DNA of 64,000 nucleotides. Origin: Eledone cirrhosa. Lineage: Eukaryota. Shown one piece after another: positions 55,100 to 64,000 of this stretch. The notes under the pieces are model-generated. The model searched no databases and had not been told where the DNA came from. It was given only the letters and a program-made list of their open reading frames with translations. Within the stretch, counting starts at the first letter, position 1, and every line of letters begins with the position of its first letter. A program made the translations under genes and the position numbers. The DNA lies in NCBI GenBank assembly GCA_964016885.1, contig OZ024744.1, positions 121,086,001-121,150,000 of the forward strand, read 5' to 3'.

Positions 55100-58000
55100 A
55101 AGAGAGATAGTGTGAGATGGTTGGGTCATGTGTTGAGGAAGGATAAAAGTGACTGGGTGAGAGGAATCAGAGGTAGTGATGGATGTTGTGAAGAGAGATA
55201 GTGTGAGATGGTTAGGTCATGTGTTGAGGGAGGATAAAAGTGACTGGGTGAGATGAATAGAGGTAGTGATGGATGTTGTGAAGAGAGATAGTGTGAGATG
55301 GTTGGGTCATGTGTTGAGGAAGGATAAAAGTGACTGGGTGAGAGGAATCAGAGGTAGTGATGGATGTTGCGAAGAGAGATAGTGTGAGATGGTTGGGTCA
55401 TGTGTTGAGGAAGGATAAAAGTGACTGGGTGAGAGGAATCAGAGGTAGTGATGGATGTTGTGAAGAGAGATAGTGTGAGATGGTTGGGTCATGTGTTGAG
55501 GAAGGATAAAAGTGACTGGGTGAGAGGAATCAGAGGTAGTGATGGATGTTGTGAAGAGAAATAGTGTGAGATGGTTGGGTCATGTGTTGAGGAAGGATAA
55601 AAGTGACTGGGTAAGAGGAATAGATGTAGTGATGCATGTTGAGAAAAGAGATAATGTGAGTTGGTTGGGTCATTTGTTGAGGAAGTATGAAAGTGACGGG
55701 CTGCGAGGAATAGAGGTAGTGATAGATGTTGTGAAGAGAGATAGTGTAAGATGGTTGGGTCATGTGTTGAGGAAGTATGAAAGTGACTGGGTGAGAGGAA
55801 TAGAGGTAGAGATGGATGTTGTGAAGAGACATAGTCTGAGATGGTTGGGTCATGTGTTGAGGAAGTATGAAAGTGACAGGGTGAGAGGAATAGAGGTAGT
55901 GATGGATGTTGTGAAGAGAAATAGTGTGAGATGGTTGGGTCATGTGTTGAGGAAGTATGAATGTGACTGGGTGAGAGGAATAGAGGTAGTTATGGATGTT
56001 GTGAAGAGAGATAGTGTGAGATGGTTGGGTCATGTGTTGAGGATGGATAAAAGTGACTGGGTGAGAGGAATAGAGGTAGTGGTGGATGTTGTGAAGAGAG
56101 ATAGTGTGAGATGGTTGGGTCATGTGTTGAGGAAGGATAAAAGTGACTGGGTGAGAAGAATAGAGGTAGTGACGGATGTTGTGAAGAGAGATAGTGTGAG
56201 ATGGTTGGGTTATGTGTTGAGGAAGGATAAAAGTGAGTCGTCGAGAGGAATAGAGGTAGTGATGGATGTTGTGAAGAGAGATAGTGTGAGATGGTTGGGT
56301 CATGTGTTGAGGAAGGATAAAAGCGACTGGGTGAGAGGAATAGAGGTAGTGACGAATGTTGTGAAGAGAGATAGTGTGAGATGGTTGGCTCATGTGTTGA
56401 GGAAGGATAAAAGTGACTCGGTGAGAGGAATAGAGGTAGTGATGGATGTTGTGAAGAGAGATAGTGTGAGATGGTTGGGTCATGTGTTGAGGAAGGATAA
56501 AAGTGACTGGGTGAGAGGAATAGAGGTAGTGATGGATGTTGTGAAGAGAGATAGTGAGATGGTTGGGTCATGTGTTGAGGAAGGATACAAGTGACTGGGT
56601 GAGAGGAATAGAGGTAGTGATGGATGTTGTGAAGAGAGATATGTGAGATGGTTGGGTCATGTGTTGAGGAAGGATAAAAGTGACTGGGTGAGAGGAATAG
56701 AGGTAGTGACGGATGTTGTGAAGAGAGATAGTGTGAGATGGTTGGGCCATGTGTTGAGGAAGGATAAAAGTGACTCGGTGAGAGGAATAGAGGTAGTGAT
56801 GGATGTTGTGAAGAGAGATAGTGTGAGATGGTTGGGTCATGTGTTGAGGAAGGATAAAAGTGACTGGGTGAGAAGAATAGAGGTAGTGACGGATGTTGTG
56901 AAGAGAGATAGTGTGAGATGGTTGGGTCATGTGTTGAGGAAGGATAAAAGTGACTGGGTGAGAGGAATAGAGGTAGTGATGGATGTTGTGAAGAGAGATA
57001 GTGTGAGATGGTTGGGTCATGTGTTGAGGAAGGATAAAAGTGACTGGGTGAGAGGAATAGAGGTAGTGATGGATGTTGTGAAGAGAGATAGTGTGAGATG
57101 GTTGGGTCATGTGTTGAGGAAGGATAAAAGTGAGTCGTCGAGAGGAATAGAGGTAGTGATGGACGTTGTGAAGAGAGATAGTGTGAGATGGTTGGGTCAT
57201 GTGTTGAGGAAGGATAAAAGTGAGTCGTCGAGAGGAATAGAGGTAGTGATGGATGTTGTGAAGAGAGATAGTGTGAGATGGTTGGGTCATGTGTTGAGGA
57301 AGGATAAAAGTGACTGGGTGAGAGGAATAGAGGTAGTGACGGATGTTGCGAAGAGAGATAGTGTGAGATGGTTGGGTCATGTGTTGAGGAAGGATAAAAG
57401 TGACTGGGTGAGAGGAATAGAGGTAGTAATGGATGTTGTGAAGAGAGATAGTGTGAGATGGTTAGCTCATGTGTTGAGGAAGGATAAAAGTGACTGGGTG
57501 AGAGGAATAGAGGTTGTGATGGATGTTGTGAAGAGAGATAGTGTGAGATGGTTGGGTCATGTGTTGAGGAAGTATAAAAGTGACTGGGTGAGAGGAATAG
57601 AGGTAGTGATGGATGTTGTGAGGAGAGATAGTGTGAGATGGTTGGGTCATGTGTTGAGGAAGTGTGAAAGTGACTGGGTGAGAGGAATAGAGGTAGAGAT
57701 GGATGTTGTGAAGAGAGATAGTGTGAGAAGGTTGGGTCATGTGTTGAGGAAGTATGAAAGTGACTGGGTGAGAGGAATAGAGGTAGTGATGGATGTTGTG
57801 AAGAGAGATAGTGTGAGATGGTTGGGTCATGTGTTGAGGAGGGATAAAATTGATTGTGTGAGAGGAATAGAGGTAGTGATGGATGTTGTGAAGAGAGATA
57901 GTGTGAGATGGTTGGGTCATGTGTTGAGGAAGGATAAAAGTGACTGGGTGAGAGGAATTGAGGTAGTGATGCATGTGATGAAGAGAGATAGTGTGAGATG

Positions 58001-61000
58001 GTTGGGTCATGTGTTGAGGAAGGATAAAAGTGACTGGGTGAGAGGAATAGAGGTAGTGATGGATGTTGTGAAGAGAGATATGTGAGATGGTTGGGTCATG
58101 TGTTGAGGAAGGATAAAAGTGACTGGGTGAGAGGAATAGAAGTAGTGAAGGATGCTGTGAAGAGGGATAGTGTGAGATGGTTGGGTTATGTGTTGAGGAA
58201 GGATGAACGTAACTGGGTGAGAGGAATAGAGGTAGTGATGGATGTTGTGAAGAGAGATAGTGTGAGATGGTTAGGTCATGTGTTGAGGGAGGATAAAAGT
58301 GACTGGGTGAGATGAATAGAGGTAGTGATGGATGTTGTGAAGAGAGATAGTGTGAGATGGTTGGGTCATGTGTTGAGGAAGGATAAAAGTGACTGGGTGA
58401 GAGAAATAGAGGTAGTGATGGATGTTGCGAAGAGAGATAGTGTGAGATGGTTGGGTCATGTGTTGAGGAAGGATAAAAGTGACTGGGTGAGAGGAATAGT
58501 GGTAGTGATGGATGTTGTAAAGGGAGATAGTGTGAGATGCTTGGGTCATGTGTTGAGGAAGTATAAAAGTGACTGGGTGAGAGGAATAGAGGTAGTGATG
58601 GATGTTGTGAAGAGAGATAGTGTGAGATGGTGGGGTCCTGTGTTGAGGAAGGATGAATGTGACTGGGTGAGAGGAACAGAGGTAGTGATGGATGTTGTGA
58701 AGAGAGATAGTGTGAGATGGTTGGGTCATGAGTTGAGGAAGTATGAATGTGACTGGGTGAGAGGAATAGAGGTAGTTATGGATGTTGTGAAGAGAGATAG
58801 TGTGAGATGGTTGGGTCATGTGTTGAGGAAGGATAAAAGTGACTGGGTGAGAGGAATCAGAGGTAGTGATGGATGTTGTGAAGAGAGATAGTGTGAGATG
58901 GTTAGGTCATGTGTTGAGGGAGGATAAAAGTGACTGGGTGAGATGAATAGAGGTAGTGATGGATGTTGTGAAGAGAGATAGTGTGAGATGGTTGGGTCAT
59001 GTGTTGAGGAAGGATAAAAGTGACTGGGTGAGAGGAATCAGAGGTAGTGATGGATGTTGCGAAGAGAGATAGTGTGAGATGGTTGGGTCATGTGTTGAGG
59101 AAGGATAAAAGTGACTGGGTGAGAGGAATCAGAGGTAGTGATGGATGTTGTGAAGAGAGATAGTGTGAGATGGTTGGGTCATGTGTTGAGGAAGGATAAA
59201 AGTGACTGGGTGAGAGGAATCAGAGTGATGGATGTTGTGAAGAGAGATATGTGAGATGGTTGGGTCATGTGTTGAGGAAGGATAAAAGTGACTGGGTGAG
59301 AGGAATAGAGGTAGTGACGGATGTTGTGAAGAGAGATAGTGTGAGATGGTTGGGTCATGTGTTGAGGAAGTATGAAAGTGACAGGGTGAGAGGAATAGAG
59401 GTAGTGATGGATGTTGTGAAGAGAAATAGTGTGAGATGGTTGGGTCATGTGTTGAGGAAGTATGAATGTGACTGGGTGAGAGGAATAGAGGTAGTTATGG
59501 ATGTTGTGAAGAGAGATAGTGTGAGATGGTTGGTTCATGTGTTGAGGAAGGATAAAAGTGACTGGGTGAGAGGAATAGAGGTAGTGGTGGATGTTGTGAA
59601 GAGAGATAGTGTGAGATGGTTGGGTCATGTGTTGAGGAAGGATAAAAGTGACTGGGTGAGAGGAATAGAGGTAGTGACGGATGTTGTGAAGAGAGATAGT
59701 GTGAGATGGTTGGGTTATGTGTTGAGGAAGGATAAAAGTGAGTCGTCGAGAGGAATAGAGGCAGTGATGGATGTTGTGAAGAGAGATAGTGTGAGATGGT
59801 TGGGTCATGTGTTGAGGAAGGATAAAAGCGACTGGGTGAGAGGAATAGAGGTAGTGACGAATGTTGTGAAGAGAGATAGTGAGATGGTTGGGTCATGTGT
59901 TGAGGAAGGATACAAGTGACTGGGTGAGAGGAATAGAGGTAGTGATGGATGTTGTGAAGAGAGATATGTGAGATGGTTGGGTCATGTGTTGAGGAAGGAT
60001 AAAAGTGACTGGGTGAGAGGAATAGAGGTAGAGATGGATGTTGTGAAGAGAGATAGTGTGAGAAGGTTGGGTCATGTGTTGAGGAAGTATGAAAGTGACT
60101 GGGTGAGAGGAATAGAGGTAGTGATGGATGTTGTGAAGAGAGATAGTGTGAGATGGTTGGGTCATGTGTTGAGGAGGGATAAAATTGATTGTGTGAGAGG
60201 AATAGAGGTAGTGATGGATGTTGTGAAGAGAGATAGTGTGAGATGGTTGGGTCATGTGTTGAGGAAGGATAAAAGTGACTGGGTGAGAGGAATAGAGGTA
60301 GTGATGCATGTGGTGAAGAGAGATAGTGTGAGATGGTTGGGTCATGTGTTGAGGAAGGATAAAAGTGACTGGGTGAGAGGAATAGAGGTAGTGATGGATG
60401 TTGTGAAGAGAGATATGTGAGATGGTTGGGTCATGTGTTGAGGAAGGATAAAAGTGACTGGGTGAGAGGAATAGAAGTAGTGAAGGATGCCGTGAAGAGG
60501 GATAGTGTGAGATGGTTGGGTTATGTGTTGAGGAAGGATGAACGTAACTGGGTGAGAGGAATAGAGGTAGTGATGGATGTTGTGAAGAGAGATAGTGTGA
60601 GATGGTTAGGTCATGTGTTGAGGGAGGATAAAAGTGACTGGGTGAGATGAATAGAGGTAGTGATGGATGTTGTGAAGAGAGATAGTGTGAGATGGTTGGG
60701 TCATGTGTTGAGGAAGGATAAAAGTGACTGGGTGAGAGAAATAGAGGTAGTGATGGATGTTGCGAAGAGAGATAGTGTGAGATGGTTGGGTCATGTGTTG
60801 AGGAAGGATAAAAGTGACTGGGCGAGAGGAATAGTGGTAGTGATGGATGTTGTAAAGGGAGATAGTGTGAGATGCTTGGGTCATGTGTTGAGGAAGTATA
60901 AAAGTGACTGGGTGAGAGGAATAGAGGTAGTGATGGATGTTGTGAAGAGAGATAGTGTGAGATGGTTGGGTCCTGTGTTGAGGAAGGATGAATGTGACTG

Positions 61001-63000
61001 GGTGAGAGGAACAGAGGTAGTGATGGATGTTGTGAAGAGAGATAGTGTGAGATGGTTGGGTCATGAGTTGAGGAAGTATGAATGTGACTGGGTGAGAGGA
61101 ATAGAGGTAGTTATGGATGTTGTGAAGAGAGATAGTGTGAGATGGTTGGGTCATGTGTTGAGGAAGGATAAAAGTGACTGGGTGAGAGGAATCAGAGGTA
61201 GTGATGGATGTTGTGAAGAGAGATAGTGTGAGATGGTTAGGTCATGTGTTGAGGGAGGATAAAAGTGACTGGGTGAGATGAATAGAGGTAGTGATGGATG
61301 TTGTGAAGAGAGATAGTGTGAGATGGTTGGGTCATGTGTTGAGGAAGGATAAAAGTGACTGGGTGAGAGGAATCAGAGGTAGTGATGGATGTTGCGAAGA
61401 GAGATAGTGTGAGATGGTTGGGTCATGTGTTGAGGAAGGATAAAAGTGACTGGGTGAGAGGAATCAGAGGTAGTGATGGATGTTGTGAAGAGAGATAGTG
61501 TGAGATGGTTGGGTCATGTGTTGAGGAAGGATAAAAGTGACTGGGTGAGAGGAATCAGACGTAGTGATGGCTGTTGTGAAGAGAAATAGTGTGAGATGGT
61601 TGGGTCATGTGTTGAGGAAGGATAAAAGTGACTGGGTAAGAGGAATAGATGTAGTGATGCATGTTGAGAAAAGAGATAATGTGAGTTGGTTGGGTCATTT
61701 GTTGAGGAAGTATGAAAGTGACGGGCTGCGAGGAATAGAGGTAGTGATAGATGTTGTGAAGAGAGATAGTGTGAGATGGTTGGGTCATGTGTTGAGGAAG
61801 TATGAAAGTGACTGGGTGAGAGGAATAGAGGTAGAGATGGATGTTGTGAAGAGACATAGTCTGAGATGGTTGGGTCATGTGTTGAGGAAGTATGAAAGTG
61901 ACAGGGTGAGAGGAATAGAGGTAGTGATGGATGTTGTGAAGAGAAATAGTGTGAGATGGTTGGGTCATGTGTTGAGGAAGTATGAATGTGACTGGGTGAG
62001 AGGAATAGAGGTAGTTATGGATGTTGTGAAGAGAGATAGTGTGAGATGGTTGGGTCATGTGTTGAGGAAGGATAAAAGTGACTGGGTGAGAGGAATAGAG
62101 GTAGTGGTGGATGTTGTGAAGAGAGATAGTGTGAGATGGTTGGGTCATGTGTTGAGGAAGGATAAAAGTGACTGGGTGAGAAGAATAGAGGTAGTGACGG
62201 ATGTTGTGAAGAGAGATAGTGTGAGATGGTTGGGTTATGTGTTGAGGAAGGATAAAAGTGAGTCGTCGAGAGGAATAGAGGTAGTGATGGATGTTGTGAA
62301 GAGAGATAGTGTGAGATGGTTGGGTCATGTGTTGAGGAAGGATAAAAGCGACTGGGTGAGAGGAATAGAGGTAGTGACGAATGTTGTGAAGAGAGATAGT
62401 GTGAGATGGTTGGCTCATGTGTTGAGGAAGGATAAAAGTGACTCGGTGAGAGGAATAGAGGTAGTGATGGATGTTGTGAAGAGAGATAGTGTGAGATGGT
62501 TGGGTCATGTGTTGAGGAAGGATAAAAGTGACTGGGTGAGAGGAAAAGAGGTAGTGATGGATGTTGTGAAGAGAGATAGTGAGATGGTTGGGTCATGTGT
62601 TGAGGAAGGATACAAGTGACTGGGTGAGAGGAATAGAGGTAGTGATGGATGTTGTGAAGAGAGATATGTGAGATGGTTGGGTCATGTGTTGAGGAAGGAT
62701 AAAAGTGACTGGGTGAGAGGAATAGAGGTAGTGACGGATGTTGTGAAGAGAGATAGTGTGAGATGGTTGGGCCATGTGTTGAGGAAGGATAAAAGTGACT
62801 CGGTGAGAGGAATAGAGGTAGTGATGGATGTTGTGAAGAGAGATAGTGTGAGATGGTTGGGTCATGTGTTGAGGAAGGATAAAAGTGACTGGGTGAGAAG
62901 AATAGAGGTAGTGACGGATGTTGTGAAGAGAGATAGTGTGAGATGGTTGGGTCATGTGTTGAGGAAGGATAAAAGTGACTGGGTGAGAGGAATAGAGGTA
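55100..63000 (+). repeat. Duplicated blocks with offsets 6025 bp and 2335 bp
   Basis: ORF pairs 55539/61564, 55990/62015, 56568/62593 (6025); 58082/60417, 58325/60660 (2335). Confidence 0.8.
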
Positions 63001-64000
63001 GTGATGGATGTTGTGAAGAGAGATAGTGTGAGATGGTTGGGTCATGTGTTGAGGAAGGATAAAAGTGAGTCGTCGAGAGGAATAGAGGTAGTGATGGACG
63101 TTGTGAAGAGAGATAGTGTGAGATGGTTGGGTCATGTGTTGAGGAAGGATAAAAGTGAGTCGTCGAGAGGAATAGAGGTAGTGATGGATGTTGTGAAGAG
63201 AGATAGTGTGAGATGGTTGGGTCATGTGTTGAGGAAGGATAAAAGTGACTGGGTGAGAGGAATAGAGGTAGTGATGGATGTTGCGAAGAGAGATAGTGTG
63301 AGATGGTTGGGTCATGTGTTGAGGAAGGATAAAAGTGACTGGGTGAGAGGAATAGAGGTAGTGATGGATGTTGTGAAGAGAGATAGTGTGAGATGGTTGG
63401 GTCATGTGTTGAGGAAGTATAAAAGTGACTGGGTGAGAGGAATAGAGGTAGTGATGGATGTTGTGAGGAGAGATAGTGTGAGATGGTTGGGTCATGTGTT
63501 GAGGAAGTGTGAAAGTGACTGGGTGAGAGGAATAGAGGTAGAGATGGATGTTGTGAAGAGAGATAGTGTGAGAAGGTTGGGTCATGTGTTGAGGAGGGAT
63601 AAAATTGATTGTGTGAGAGGAATAGAGGTAGTGATGGATGTTGTGAAGAGAGATAGTGTGAGATGGTTGGGTCATGTGTTGAGGAAGGATAAAAGTGACT
63701 GGGTGAGAGGAATAGAGGTAGTGATGGATGTTGTGAAGAGAGATAGTGTGAGATGGTTGGGTCATGTGTTGAGGAGGGATAAAATTGATTGTGTGAGAGG
63801 AATAGAGGTAGTGATGGATGTTGTGAAGAGAGATAGTGTGAGATGGTTGGGTCATGTGTTGAGGAAGGATAAAAGTGACTGGGTGAGAGGAATAGAGGTA
63901 GTGATGCATGTGGTGAAGAGAGATAGTGTGAGATGGTTGGGTCATGTGTTGAGGAAGGATAAAAGTGACTGGGTGAGAGGAATAGAGGTAGTGATGGATG

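Larger units (their letters stand above)
1..64000 (+). repeat. Satellite DNA: head-to-tail tandem array of a 90-bp monomer, about 710 copies, single orientation, extending beyond both window ends
   Basis: GAGGAATAGAGG recurs at 1, 91, 181, 271 and so on to the end of the window. Most monomers differ from consensus by only a few substitutions, with occasional small indels. I saw no inversions or non-repeat insertions. Confidence 0.99.
14400..64000 (+). repeat. Right sub-domain of the array: more homogeneous, built from irregular higher-order blocks marked by diagnostic monomers
   Basis: 21 copies of the divergent ATGCATGTTGAGAAAAGAGATAATGTGAGTTGG monomer (first near 15144, last near 61657) and frequent GAATCAGAG +1 insertions. 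Multi-kb near-identical duplicated blocks. Confidence 0.8.

Noticed and set aside
51-63945. His/Ser/Pro-rich minus-strand ORFs (MTQPSHTISLHNIHHYLYSSHPVTFILPQH and HDPTISHYLSSQHPSLPLFLSPSHFYPSST repeats)
   Set aside because: Minus-strand stops need TTA, CTA or TCA on the plus strand, and the consensus has only one TCA, so two minus frames are open by composition alone. They are not metal-binding protein genes.
15-64000. Giant repeat-protein gene on the plus strand
   Set aside because: Frequent frameshifts and stops are copied along with the duplicated blocks, many variants are nonsynonymous, and there are no unique termini.
1-64000. CRISPR array or repeat-spacer system
   Set aside because: There are no unique spacers (the whole 90 bp is repeated), no palindromic repeat and no cas genes.
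1-64000. Intact or autonomous retrotransposon
   Set aside because: Only a 30-codon motif is present. There is no RT catalytic (Y/F)ADD motif, APE endonuclease, UTR, tail or target-site duplication.
1-64000. Shine-Dalgarno-like GAGG/AGGA motifs upstream of GTG/ATG in each monomer
   Set aside because: These are a by-product of the purine-rich composition, and nothing in the window indicates a prokaryotic gene context.
1-64000. Single fixed-period higher-order repeat
   Set aside because: Duplication offsets are heterogeneous (1890, 2160, 2335, 2790, 3060, 3236, 3596, 4497, 4590, 5218, 5403, 5674, 6025), indicating irregular nested duplications.

Overview
The whole 64-kb window is one uninterrupted head-to-tail tandem array of a 90-bp monomer (about 710 copies), with both ends outside the window. 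Consensus: GAGGAATAGAGGTAGTGATGGATGTTGTGAAGAGAGATAGTGTGAGATGGTTGGGTCATGTGTTGAGGAAGGATAAAAGTGACTGGGTGA (38 G, 27 A, 23 T, 2 C; no CpG). It looks like eukaryotic satellite DNA; I saw no unique sequence, RNA gene, CRISPR array or credible protein-coding gene. The ORF-track entries arise because the monomer is a multiple of 3 and stop-free in one plus frame and two minus frames. The main finding is that the open plus frame reads GIEVVMDVVKRDSVRWLGHVLRKDKSDWVR, which resembles the conserved 'RxRWxGHVxR' segment C-terminal to the reverse transcriptase domain of RTE-clade non-LTR retrotransposon ORF2. The satellite therefore appears to be an amplified 30-codon fragment of a LINE coding sequence; this is motif recognition, not a database search. 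Diagnostic variant monomers show irregular multi-kb duplications, a recurring ordered cassette of variants, and a left domain and a more homogeneous right domain joined by a degenerate zone at about 13.2-14.4 kb.
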